From assembly GCA_053919585.1 (NCBI GenBank), contig CM132804.1: 64,000 nt of DNA; one strand, given 5' to 3'. The first letter of the stretch is position 1. Every line of letters begins with the position of its first letter. Position numbers and translations under genes: made by a program. The stretch comes from Euprymna scolopes (taxonomy: Eukaryota). The notes beneath the pieces were generated by a model that saw only the letters and a list, made by a program, of their open reading frames with translations, ran no database searches and had not been told where the DNA came from. This document shows, piece by piece, positions 38,929-51,566 of this stretch.

Positions 38929-38989
<61 letters not shown>

Positions 38990-40049
38990 GCCCACAAAGT
39001 CTGGCCACATAATCTACATGATGCTTCCACAAAGTCTGGCTGTGATATAGATGGCTCGAAATAACGTTTAAAATGCAAACGTCAAGTATCATGAATCAGT
39101 TGTGCTCTAAACAAAAAACATCTATTTCGAACGTGCTACTTTCATATCAAATAACCTACTTTTGGGTTTATACGACTGGCTTTACTGTCTGTGCAGTGAA
39201 AATGGCGTGAATTGACGTTTTAAATGAAAAGCTAAAGATTTAATTATGGTCTAAAAAGGAACAGTCATTTCGAAGGCGCCTCTCTCATATAAAATAACCA
39301 ACCGTTGATTCTATATGTCTGGACTTTCACATTGTGTGGTAATAACACTTCTTAAATGCTGTTCTGATGTTAAGCTGTAAAATAATTTAACATTTTGTCG
39401 AATTTGCGTCTCTCACATTTCATCGGATTTTTTTTTCAATTAATGACTATGTTAAACTGTTTTTGACTCCTAATGGGGGTAGTGATTTAATTGCTGCCCA
39501 CATAAGCAATATTTGACACAAGGCCTAGAAAGTGGGGACTAAAGCAAGCTCTCCTAAATGCGGCTAGGAGCTGTTTCTTTTCCACATTCGGTGCAAAATC
39601 TTCTGTCTGTTTCGAGCGGGTATTGGCTTTTTTTATTGAAGGGCCACAGGGTGGGTAGATCGATCCACCCAACCAATCAGCGATACGTTTCCTGGAGAAT
39701 TCCAGACCCGAATTGCGTGTGAGCACTATGACCAGAATTTTGTAATCTGGGACCAAAATGAAATCATCTTCACACGACCTGAAGAGGTCAACCCCTGTCA
39801 ATTGTTTTGCTTAGAACCCAGCGCGTCTGGGCCGGGGTTTCCCGGGCGAACCAGTACAAATCTCGTTAAACAATGAAATATCAAGTAAAAGCATATCACT
39901 TTTTATACCCGCCGTTGTCCGGGATTCAATTTACATTTAACGGACAATTCTTAGCATATTGGCCCGGTCTTCCTCAGGTCCCAGGGGTCGCAACGTCTCC
40001 AAGGGGTGCAATCGCTCCCTCAAGACGATCATGTTACGCAAACAATAAT

Positions 40050-40922
40050 CTTGCTCCAGTGAAAAACGGGTGGTAAGGCCTGGGAAGGTGGAACTCCTGG
40101 TTATACCCAGGCGGTGTGACTCAGTCCGACAGGTGCTGGGCCGGTTTTCAGTCTCTCACCTGTCGGGCTGAGTGTCAAGAACGGATCTTTGACGTGTACT
40201 ATAAACTTGCCTTCCTGAAGCCGAAGCCGCTAGGGGACACATCTTCACCACGAATAATGGGGGTAGATAATTGTTTTCTGTTCACCACAGAAAAATGTAG
40301 CAAAAGGCCAGAAGGTGAGAGTAGGCAAGCACCCCTAAAGGAGGGACATTCTTGCCTCAACAAAAATTGCCGGGGCACCTCCGTCGGTATTCCCCGATAG
40401 GGGCGCCTCAGGCGACAAGCAATAAACTTGCCCATCGAAAAAACAGGATAGCAATGCCTAGGAGGGTGGGCATCCTAGGTGATAACCAAGCGGTGTACCT
40501 TAGTCCTGCAGGTGCTGGTCCGGTTCCCGTCCCCTCACCTGTCGGGCTTAGTGTCAAGTAACGAATCCTTGACGAGTACTTCTACTATGTCTCCCTACAT
40601 CCGAAGCCGCTAGGAGACCTTCCCCATCATGAGTAATTGGGGTAGTTATTTATTTGCCGCCCACCTCGGCAAAATGTGGCACAAGGCCGGAAAGTGGAGA
40701 TCAAGCAGTCTCCCCGAAAGGAGGGCACTCCTGCAATTGTAAAAATTGCTTGAGTAACCCCGTCGGCATTCCCCGGTAGGGGCGCCTCAGGCAGTAAGCA
40801 ATGAACTTACTCCACCGGAAAGCCCAGTGGCAAGGCCTGGGAGTGTGGACCTCCTAGGTATTACCCAGGCGGCGTACCTCAGTCCAACAGGTGCTGGGCC
40901 GATTCCCGGCCCCTCACCTGTT
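40050..40922 (+). repeat. ~380-bp GC-rich diverged tandem repeat (about 2.3 copies) rich in stem-loops
   Basis: Equivalent positions at ~40072, ~40451 and ~40829. Strand assigned from G-U wobble bias in the stems. Confidence 0.8.
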
Positions 40923-41680
40923 ACTAAAGAAAGTGTCGAATTTTGGAGTCAATCAGTTTGCCCTAGTCTCCGCCACGAACCGGCATTTGATTATTCGTCG
41001 CCATCTTTGTTACAAGGAATTACTTAAAACTCAAGATCGGAACGGCACTGAATCTTTTTTCCTAGGAATTAATTAACATTCAGGATCGGAACTGCACTGA
41101 TTCTTCACCGCCATCTTTGTTCAACATAATGTCTCAACACTTAAATATTATCGATAGTTTACAAAGTATTCCGATACAAAGCATTTCTAAGAAAACTTCG
41201 CAGCAGAGAATTACTTTCGTGTGAAATTTCAGAAAAATTGGACAGACCGTTTAGGAGTCCATAGGGAACGAATAGACACATGAGCACACACACAGACATA
41301 CCCAGTAAAAGTTTGTTTTATATAATAGTAGAGATATTAATTATTGTTGTAATTTGATTGAGAATTGTGTTAATAGTGTCATTTAGCTGATAACGTTACT
41401 TTAGAAATATTATAGGTTATATGCTGTATGGCTGGAATTGCTGTGATTTTATGCGAATTATTATCTCCTGCATTGCGATTTTAATTTCATCTTTCAGACT
41501 TTTGAGACATTATTTACTACTGGGATAAATTTATTCGTTTAGCGTGTCGTTCGAATTTATGTTTTTTTTATTTATAATTGAATATGGCTAATTAATGTCA
41601 AAATGCGATATAGAGATAGGTTATTCTTATTAATTGAAACACAAAATATACTTGGGCAAATAGTAAAATTAAATAGCAAT

Positions 41681-42095
41681 CTATAATATAAATTTCACCT
41701 GTCTGTTTAAATGTATATATGCATGTATTTTTGTATGTCTGCTTAAAACTTTCGACAGGCGCGAATTTTAACGAAATAGGCATGGTTTTGGGGGCCGGAG
41801 TCTCTGACGACAAATATCGAAAAATTGCTAAAAAAAATAATTGCTTTACTCTCAACTTGGCAGTTTTCTACAAGGATCGGTTTAACTTTTTTTCGAGCAT
41901 AGTTTGCAAGAAATTGTATCCTTGAGATTAACTTTGCCTAATTTTTAGTTCCGAACTTCCGCTCGCGTGATGAAGTAGCGGTAAGACGTCAGATTTTCAC
42001 TTTCTTTTTCGCCTTCGCGTCCCGGGACTTACTACCACTTTTTTTTTTGCTCGACAAACACCTCCAAAGACCCGGGCAACGCGGGATAACTAGAC
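41681..42095 (+). mobile_element. Helitron-like non-autonomous element
   Basis: 5' A|TCTATAATATAAA; 3' cccgggcaacgcggg hairpin followed by CTAG. Confidence 0.6.
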
Positions 42096-42196
42096 TTTTA
42101 CGAAAGTATTTTTAAAATGTATTAAATAAAAGGCAAGGTGTGGTCCAAATTAATTTGCATAAAACCAAGTATGTACTCTATCGCATAAAACGAGTA

Positions 42197-42246
<50 letters not shown>

Positions 42247-44477
42247 TATAACTTATAAGTAATTATTGTATATTTATANNNNNNNNNNNNNNNNNNNNNN
42301 NNNNNNNNNNNNNNNNNNNNNNNNNNNNNNNNNNNNNNNNNNNNNNNNNNNNNNNNNNNNNNNNNNNNNNNNNNNNNNNNNNNNNNNNNNNNNNNNNNNN
42401 NNNNNNNNNNNNNNNNNNNNNNNNNNNNNNNTTCAAAAAATGTATTTTCAATAGGATGACCGAAAAATATCAGTAAAATTTTTCAATAATAAATTTATTC
42501 ACTGTCACATATCAAATCAATAAACGTTCGTACAAAAATATTTCTACACCCCAAAATAAATAAAATACCCAGGATTGAGAAAAATGCATGTCCGTTAACT
42601 GTAATTTCTTGGGTTAAAATTATATTTGGCCACAAAATTTTCCCGAGGTAGATTTGTCGTAAAAAAACCTTATAAAATTTTTGATACATTCCTATCACAT
42701 GAAAGGAATGTTGATTTATCTACAGATTTCACGATATGGATGTTGTATATAGTAAAAGTATCCGCTGTTTTTTTTAGTGATTTTTTCACCAGTACAACCT
42801 TACATATGTTAAAAAAGAAAACGGGTTTATACGAATGTTGATTTTTTTTAAAAATAATCCTTGTATATTTATATTTAAATTTCAGTTGCCAGATAAATCA
42901 AATAATACGAACACCGTATCTGGTATTTTTTGTGTGTTTGTTTAAACATGCAATATGTAACAGAAAACATAAGTCTACACCAAAAAATGTTAACTGAGGC
43001 CCATATCATATAAAAAGAATAACACTGAATATGATATCCAATTACTTAAAAGAAAATAACNNNNNNNNNNNNNNNNNNNNNNNNNNNNNNNNNNNNNNNN
43101 NNNNNNNNNNNNNNNNNNNNNNNNNNNNNNNNNNNNNNNNNNNNNNNNNNNNNNNNNNNNNNNNNNNNNNNNNNNNNNNNNNNNNNNNNNNNNNNNNNNN
43201 NNNNNNNNNNNNNNNNNNNNNNNNNNNNNNNNNNNNNNNNNNNNNNNNNNNNNNNNNNNNNNNNNNNNNNNNNNNNNNNNNNNNNNNNNNNNNNNNNNNN
43301 NNNNNNNNNNNNNNNNNNNNNNNNNNNNNNNNNNNNNNNNNNNNNNNNNNNNNNNNNATATTAAGTNNNNNNNNNNNNNNNNNNNNNNNNNNNNNNNNNN
43401 NNNNNNNNNNNNNNNNNNNNNNNNNNNNNNNNNNNNNNNNNNNNNNNNNNNNNNNNNNNNNNNNNNNNNNNNNNNNNNNNNNNNNNNNNNNNNNNNNNNN
43501 NNNNNNNNNNNNNNNNNNNNNNNNNNNNNNNNNNNNNNNNNNNNNNNNNNNNNNNNNNNNNNNNNNNNNNNNNNNNNNNNNNNNNNNNNNNNNNNNNNNN
43601 NNNNNNNNNNNNNNNNNNNNNNNNNNNNNNNNNNNNNNNNNNNNNNNNNNNNNNNNNNNNNNNNNNNNNNNNNNNNNNNNNNNNNNNNNNNNNNNNNNNN
43701 NNNNNNNNNNNNNNNNNNNNNNNNNNNNNNNNNNNNNNNNNNNNNNNNNNCGAAGAAAAAATTAAAACTAATTTTCATTAATGTCGTAAGGAAAAGTTGT
43801 AGTGTATATATGCTCTGAAGTATTCCTACAGTTTAACAAATATTCTAATTGGAATAAAACAATTTTTCTGGAAAGATACAATATTTAGAAACAATGGTAT
43901 GTTTAAAAGAGAAAGCTTTGCTAGGCAATATCTAGTATCTATTTGCAAGATTGCAATTATACATGACACATCTGACTTACATCATTTTATTGCACAGGTG
44001 ATTTACATCACGTGGTACAATATGCATTTCAATAAACTTACTTGCAATCATCGATACTAAAACCAAATTCCTACGATTATATATCAGTTAAAAGTATGAT
44101 GAAGTATACAAAATATGAAATGCTGGAGTTTGATCGCTTTTATACGTTTAATATTCAACTCATTAATTTTTAATGACGGATACGAAACGTATAGCATTCA
44201 ATATTGTGTGTGTTTTTGCTTAAATACTTAGGAGACAAGGGGTCGTCCTTCAATAAGACTAGGAACAAGTTTAAGGAAGTTTAAACTCTGAATCGAAATC
44301 ACATTTGACAGGAGAAATTAGCCGGTGGGAAAACGAAGTGTTCACGAAATACAAACTCACGGGCAATCTAATATTAAATAATTATATTTACTTTTTCCTT
44401 CAGATTCAGTACTGATTTGAATTGTGTGTGTTTAAGAGATAATGTGCAACCTCGTATTTATAAAAATTATTATCATA

Positions 44478-44754
44478 TGTAACGTAGTGCAACTTTTCTT
44501 TAAAGTTGCCGTTTCATATCATATCTCGCGACCCTCCCTATCGCTGTCCGGTTATGCATTGCATCCGTCTTTTTCTGTTGCTCACGGGCCACCTGTGTAA
44601 CTTGTCTAACTCCATCCTCGCTCTAACGTGACAATCGGCCTGCGCACGCATTCTTATTTTATAACCTTTTCCTTTTTCCTTGTCGTGACGTCACCTAGCA
44701 CATAGCTTGGCCATTTGCATACGGCTACAATACGCGCGTCCGCGCGTTGTGACA
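44478..44754 (-). mobile_element. Solo LTR (277 bp) with a 4-bp target-site duplication CATA
   Basis: TGTAAC...GTGACA termini, with CATA at 44474-44477 and 44755-44758. GC-richer than its flanks; TATAAAA on the minus strand. Confidence 0.65.
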
Positions 44755-44859
44755 CATATATATATGAGTGGTTAATGATCATGTGTACTTGCATAAAAAT
44801 AGGATAGTTTGTCATGGTTACTTGATTACATACTTTCTAATAACGGATTACATTCATAA

Positions 44860-45525
44860 AATCCGTTGCCAAGGTCGCTGTAAAAATGGTTGGGCTATTC
44901 AAGCGCTGAAGTAGATATCTCACTGCCAGTACGTTTTATTCAATCTGTATGATACCCAAGTACATTCTAGGATGGAGTACTTTTGCCACATCTGAGCAAG
45001 AGCTGCACAGATCACATATCCCGCCTTGACAGAGCTTTAAACACAATTGATATGTAGTAGGCGATGCCCTTTTTCTCTGCTATGGGAAAAAGGTGGCAAC
45101 CTTTTTCCCATCGAAGAGACGTTGCGAGCCTGCCATCTGCTCTATCCTTATTTTCCTTGCAAGTGTTCCACTGAGCTCTCATCTCTGGTCTTTCCACTCA
45201 CCAATCTTTCACAAAAAATACGCGTCTAGCTAAAATCACTATCAATTAATTCCACCACTTTCTATACGTGCTTAAACCTAAATAAGGACTCCACGAACAA
45301 AGTTGATTTTCTATAAGTGCCAATCTGTGGGATTCTTTTCCACGGGTATTCTTTAAGTCCAACGCAATCATGTTCTTATCGAACCGCCCTCGTAAAAAAC
45401 CGAATTCTATCAAATTTTCACCCCAAACGATTACTACGCTACTGTCCCAATGGCTATAATACACACATTAACCTTTATTCGCAAGTGATTTCCGGGTCTG
45501 GATATGTGGTGATCCTTTAAAAAAT
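44860..45525 (+). mobile_element. CR1/L2/Jockey-group LINE 3' fragment
   Basis: LYDTQVHSRMEYFCHI (LYK.Q.RP.LEY.SHIW type), CKCSTELSSLV and LWDSFP, ending in a short A-run. Confidence 0.72.
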
Positions 45526-46099
45526 GATTGAAAGGTTATCTGAATATTACGGTTTGTTCACGTTCTGTCTGTAATAAAGAATATGCATTTTAAACATGTT
45601 AGATATTTCTTAAAAATGCTACTGCCTTTACTTATAAAATTATGCTAGCCCTTTATATGGTAAATCAACTTGCACGCCATTCAATACGAATAAAATTTGC
45701 GATATCAAGTAAAAAGACAATGTTGCTACTATAATAACAATTATTCTTATAGCAGTTATAGGCCCAGAAGATCATAAAGGCCGTCGGTGTTTTTACAATA
45801 TTAAATGAGCACAGGATTAAAACTATTCGAACGGAAACTTATTTAATGCTGACAAAGTCCAGCATCTACAAACAACAACGATGTTAAAGAGCTGATGTGT
45901 CAACGGATATATCGTGTCTATTCAGGAAAACTTGATGAAAACCTCTCTCAACATGTTGAATGTAATAGAATGTAACAGCACCCTAATTTTAAAGACTGGA
46001 AAGATAATTTTTTCTCTCTAAAGTAAACACCACTTTAGCTTTATTTTAAAACTTTTATTGAGAAAAATCAATTCAAATAAATTGATTATGTAGTCGAGC

Positions 46100-46910
46100 G
46101 TACATCTATTCAATGTACCCGCCTTCAGCCTAAATCACCAGTTCGATACAAGTCTGGAACTTGGAGCATGTATATTCCACAAGCGCCGGCGGTTGCGATC
46201 AGGCTGGCTTTCGTGTTGTCGGACATCATGTTTGCGATGTTCTGGATGTATGCCCAAAAGAAATAGTCCAGCGGGGCGAATTCGGGTGAGGAGGGGGGAT
46301 TTTAGAAAGATATAAAGTGATACCAGTCCTTCTTACGCCCAGGTTGGTCTCTTTGGAGTTGTGAGCCGGCGCTGAGTTCTATTGCCACACCCAGGATATT
46401 TCAACGGCCACCAGGGAATCAGCACACTCTCAGGTACAGCTTGGTGTTGCCTTTCAAGCCGACTTTGAAGATTTGAGGTTTCACCATAGACAACAACCAT
46501 GGCTAGAAACTTCGTTGAGCTATGCCGTCAAGTGTTGAAATACCTGAATTTGCATTTGGAGAATACTGGCAATAGCGTTTTTGTAATAACTTGGATCAGT
46601 AGAAAGCATGAGTTGTACAGCAGCTTGTTTAACATTGCGCACATTTCAGTCTCGATCGAAAACTAATATCTGGTCTGCAAAAAATAAAAAAAAGAAAAGA
46701 AAAGAAAAAGAAAACCGATTTTTTTCAAATAGACATGAAACTAAAAAGCAGCAAAATCCCAAAACTCATACTGTGCAAATCAGTAGATGCCGCAAGGCTT
46801 TTTACTCAAATATATTTTTCCTCGGACTACTGCATTTTGGGGTTTCCTTATTATGACTGTACTGACATGCAAAAATTGAACTGACCAACTTCTTCGAGAG
46901 GACCCCTACA
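46100..46910 (-). pseudogene. Internally deleted mariner-like (maT/DD37D-type) transposase relic
   Basis: Minus strand WQ*NSAPAH (~46360-46390) and PSSPEFAPLDYFFW (~46253-46298); TIR-like taggggtcctctcg near 46908. Confidence 0.7.
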
Positions 46911-47197
46911 AACCCTGTCCCAAATAATAACTCCTAACGACTTTGGAGTGAAATAATAGTGCAAAAATTGTTCCCTATAAAAAAAAAGATCACACAAACA
47001 CGCATACTAACTTATCCTAAATAAATTGTTTGCGGATATTAGAAGAGAATTGAAAATGTATGGTGAAATAAAACAAAGCTTATCACGACTGAAACTGTAA
47101 TGTCATGATGGTATACTGCTATTGTGGTAAGAAAAGTGGTTTGAAACGCAGAACTTGAGAGTACTGCTGGATATCTTGAAGAGTTGCTGTTCTTTAT

Positions 47198-47267
<70 letters not shown>

Positions 47268-48179
47268 TGATACTGGTATTCGTAAAGACCTCTAGTGAGT
47301 GAGCAATAACAAATACGATAATACGTCTTTCGCAACCCCAAGTCTATATCATCTAAAGTATATTAAAAGAAAATATATCATCTTGTATCATGGCGCACCG
47401 TATTACCATGTATCCAATATAACATTCTATCTGTTAATATTGGCAAATAACTGAATTGGAAAAATAACTGCAATATTTATGAGACAGGGAATGGTAAGTT
47501 TACAGACATATGGCACGTGCGACTTTTTATTAGAATTTCCTCTACAGAAAGAGAACCGACAATGTTGTTCGCGCAGACACAATGATCAAAGAGATCAAAA
47601 TGGAATATGATTTCTTATTTATGTCTTTTCCTGCAGACAGCATCTAACTTTGAACATCCGAATAAAAAAGAAAAAAAATCATATATATATAAATATATTT
47701 AAATGGCAATTGCAAGAATATGACGCATGAAATAATCGATAATTCTTGTGTCACTCGGTTACTGGGTTTAATTAGTAAATTTCAAATCGTATAATTGATA
47801 ATATACGTCGCAGTTGGCCTCTAAAGGTAATAAACAACATATTTTGACAATCATTTTTCACACATTATTAAATAAATTTCTCTCCGCACACAGTGTTATC
47901 GTTTGTATTGTTTTATGCGTAAAAGTGTCTCTCTTTCCCCAAAAAACTTGGTAGTGGAGATACCGAATTCATTACCTCAAGGCGCTAGCAGAGTTTCACT
48001 CGTATCACAACGTATATGAGAACCAACCCATACGGACTGCGAACACTAAACGGCAAATTGAATAAAAATAAAGAAAAACATAAATCTTTTCTAAATAATC
48101 GAGAAAACCAGTTAAGATAAACGCAAAATATTAACTACGCTTCCGTTCAAATAACACATAGATTGTAGCGTCGGTACGG

Positions 48180-48960
48180 ACTAGGTCCAATCAAACTCGA
48201 GAATGATTAGGATAGATGGCTGTCCGGAGAATAAAAAGCACCAACCAGACCTAACATAGAAGATTACTATGACGATTAGGACCTTGGGAGTCTTAAGGCA
48301 AAGAGATGATATATTAAACAACATAATAAGTGAATACATCAGGTTATTTAAAAAAGAATATAAACATAGATACGATCAAGTGGGGATGGCAATACATTGG
48401 AAATTATGAAAACAATTGCATCTAGAACACACAGACAAATGGTGCAAAAACAAACAGCAATACTGGAAAAGTCAGAAGATCATATGGGACATGGATCTAC
48501 AACTGAATAAACCCTATCCCAGCAAGAAGACCGGGTGTCATAATAGTTAAGAAGAACGAAAAAGGCTTGCCAGATGTAGATTTTGTCGTTCCGGTAGACC
48601 ACATACTGAAGGTACAGGAGAATGAGAAGCGAAACAAATACACAAAACTAGCAATAGAGCTACAAGCAGGCAGGACAATAAAGGAAGTAAAAATAGCATC
48701 ACTAATAGAAGCAGCTAGGAACGATGTCGTAATATTTTGAAAATATGGAAAAACTAAAACATCGCAATAGAAATGAAAAATTACAGCAAATCGAGGAAGG
48801 AAACTCTAAAAACAACCCTACGAAAAATGGGCGACTAGAGATCATCATGTCGGTATACATGAAAGGCTAGATCAGCACCTGAAAAAATGCATCAACGAAG
48901 CACATGAACCAGAATAGATGACCGAAAGTGGAACCACATAACTAATTTATCAGTCCCATT
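48180..48960 (+). mobile_element. R4/Dong-type REL endonuclease fragment
   Basis: NPIPARRPGVIIVKK...DFVVPVDHILKVQENEKRNKYTKLAIEL at ~48510-48662. Confidence 0.78.
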
Positions 48961-48989
48961 GTAACCGTGGGCCACTCGAATTCCAATAA

Positions 48990-50050
48990 TGAAAACTGCA
49001 AAAATATTTCGTTTTTGTCGCATTCATTTGTTCTGTTTTTGTTTTTCCTTTATTTATATTTTGGTAGAATTGGCTTTCATTAATTTCAAAGTGTCTGTTT
49101 TGCTTGGACTGTTCAGATTTGTATCGGTATCGTCTTAATGTAGATTATTTTGCTGATATTTTCTCATTCTCTACTTTTCGTGTTGATCTTCTCTTCATAT
49201 TTTTAATTTTCTATCTTTTTCTACTTGCCTTCTTTATTTAATTTGTTGATCTGGGTTCCCGGCTTTTATTTCCATTCAGATTTGTTGGTTCTATTTCTTC
49301 CTCCGTCGTTTTTTATCAAACTTCGTATGTACTGTCTTTGCCCCTGTATAGGTAAAATTGTTTAGGTCTATAACTGTCTTTATTGGGATGTATGGGAGGA
49401 GTTAGTTCACCTTTTTGATTTCAGTTTTTTAGTTTTTCCCTCTCTTGGTTTCTTACGGATGGAAGCTGTGCTTTTTCCTCGTTCCTACTTTTCCCATTTT
49501 AGATAATTTATTTTCATTAATTTTCTTTGTTTCATAGGTCTCGGTATCTATGTTTCTTTGATCTAAGTTATTCGGTGTTTCGTCCTCTTCTTCTGGGGTT
49601 TGTTCGTCTGTTCCATCATTTATCTTTTGTTGTATTTCATTCAACTCTAAATTTTAAAGCCAACCTCTCTTGAGGATATGTTTCTCTTAGTCTAAATTTC
49701 TTTGTTCTGATGTATGGTAGTTACTGGACATTTCCCATAACCCTTACATCCGTTTGCGATATTCTCGGTTTTTGGGTGACTTGTTTAACAGCATTCCATA
49801 ACACGTATATTCTCTTTTTTGTTCATTTCGATCTTCGATTTTTTAGTCGGTATTAGTTACCTTGCATCTCTTGTGTTTTTATCTGTATTGTTTTATTTGA
49901 AATTTTAAAATATACTTACGTGTTCTGTGTCGGTGATATTCTTTCTGGAATTAGAAGATCTGCCATTCGCAGTATGACGACCGAATCCTCCATGCTGCCC
50001 ACTAAGGGAGTACCTGCCGTCTATGACACCTAAATCTTTTTAATGGGACT
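48990..50050 (-). mobile_element. Probable 5' portion of a Dong-like retrotransposon, decayed
   Basis: Purine-rich minus strand with K/E/N-rich remnants (KRGWL..LELNEIQQKI). Similar in character to 1100-2000. Confidence 0.45.
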
Positions 50051-51504
50051 CACGTTGTGTATTATTTCTGCGTTGCATATTTAATGTTGTGGTGTTTTTG
50101 GCAATACTAAACCCAGAATTGTTTTATCTGCTTTTCTTTCATAAAGATAGTATTAACCGGTCTCGTAGGTGAAAGACATCATGACTTATAACACGTGAAT
50201 AAAAAAGCGTAAATATACAGTCCAAATATGAGGGCCAAAAACTAAGTATTTTACTTAGTATTAGTCAACAGTCGAAATTTGTTTTCTGTAAAGTTTGAAG
50301 ATAAATATCCCTTACACGTGACATCGCTATTTGTAGTCGTCGTCTTTTTTCGCCTCGTTGGCAATATATTTTTTCTTTTATTTCCATTTTCGCTTTCATA
50401 TCGTAAAGATAAAATACTAAGCAAAATTTAGTAACTATTTAGCGACAGATTGAAAATTATTGACTTTACGATAAAGTTAGAATTGATATAGGTAGTTAAG
50501 TGTGTTATGTTCTTATATATAGAACGAAATATGTTAATTAGTGGCAAGGTCAAAGAAGGAGCAATAAAAATGCATGGAATAAACACATTTCTTACTTGCT
50601 TATGCGGGTAAACCAAACAAAAGAAAAAAGTCACCATGCGTGTTTCGAAAGATGGCCATTCCTAGCATGATATTCTATTTAGCCAAGTAGTTCTGGCGTT
50701 TTCGAGTCCATCCTGCCGCATTAGGCATGTGCTATCTAACGAATACCTAAGAGCATTCTACATGGTCTGCCATGTCATGTTCATAGTGAAATCTACTCAT
50801 ATTAGGCAGGGTCTTCGACGAACAGGTACACTATTTTTTTCCGGGGGCGGGGGCTACTTAGTGGCATTATTCGGGGAAAGATATTTCAATTCTTTTAATA
50901 GAATTGCAGTTACAACCACATCAACCAGGGCATACCTGACTAATTAAACTTAATTTCCAAAGGAGTTAATGACTTTTTTCTTCTTATGAGTTTTTTTTTT
51001 CGTGTTTGTTTGTTTGTTTGTTTGTTTGTTTTTTTAGGGATTTAAAAGTAAGGCTGTTACACTGGTTAAATGAAAGAAAAAAATTAAAATCCATGAAATG
51101 TGTACGTACATCCTTTGTCTTTGTTAGTATTATCTATATATTAATACGATAGCGTGTGTGTTCTTTTGTGTGTCACGCTTACACCCGGGTCGTTTAATTG
51201 TTATGTTATTCTATTTCTTGTCAAAAATATTTTACCAAGAATTCTTCATAAGTTTTGGTTTCAGTTTCGACTTTCGCGGATGGAACTTAAATCATCTATT
51301 TTTTTAATAAATAATTTTATCAATAATTCTTCATAAATGTTGGTTTCGCTTTCGATTATGGCTTAAAGAGCTCAAGCATATATACATATATTTGTTTCAT
51401 AAGTTTCTATTTCGGTTTTGGTTAAAGCAAATGCATCCACGTACTATGGATATTTTTTTTATTTTTGAAATCGCAACATTATAATATATAAAAATCGATA
51501 GAAC

Positions 51505-51506
<2 letters not shown>

Positions 51507-51562
<56 letters not shown>
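51507..51562. repeat. (TAA)n microsatellite
   Basis: Directly visible. Confidence 0.97.

Positions 51563-51566
<4 letters not shown>

Noticed and set aside
40330-40350. SRP (7SL) RNA, based on cctaaaggaggg
   Set aside because: The match is only a short word; no Alu domain or helix 8 motif is present.
4236-43750. Short N-runs as masked exons of a hidden gene
   Set aside because: Flanks do not consistently show AG/GT splice context, and several gaps fall inside TE relics. They are best treated as scaffold gaps with unknown content.
47100-47200. Another hammerhead next to (TA)n
   Set aside because: Only ATGATG and GAAAC fragments remain, with no supportable stems.
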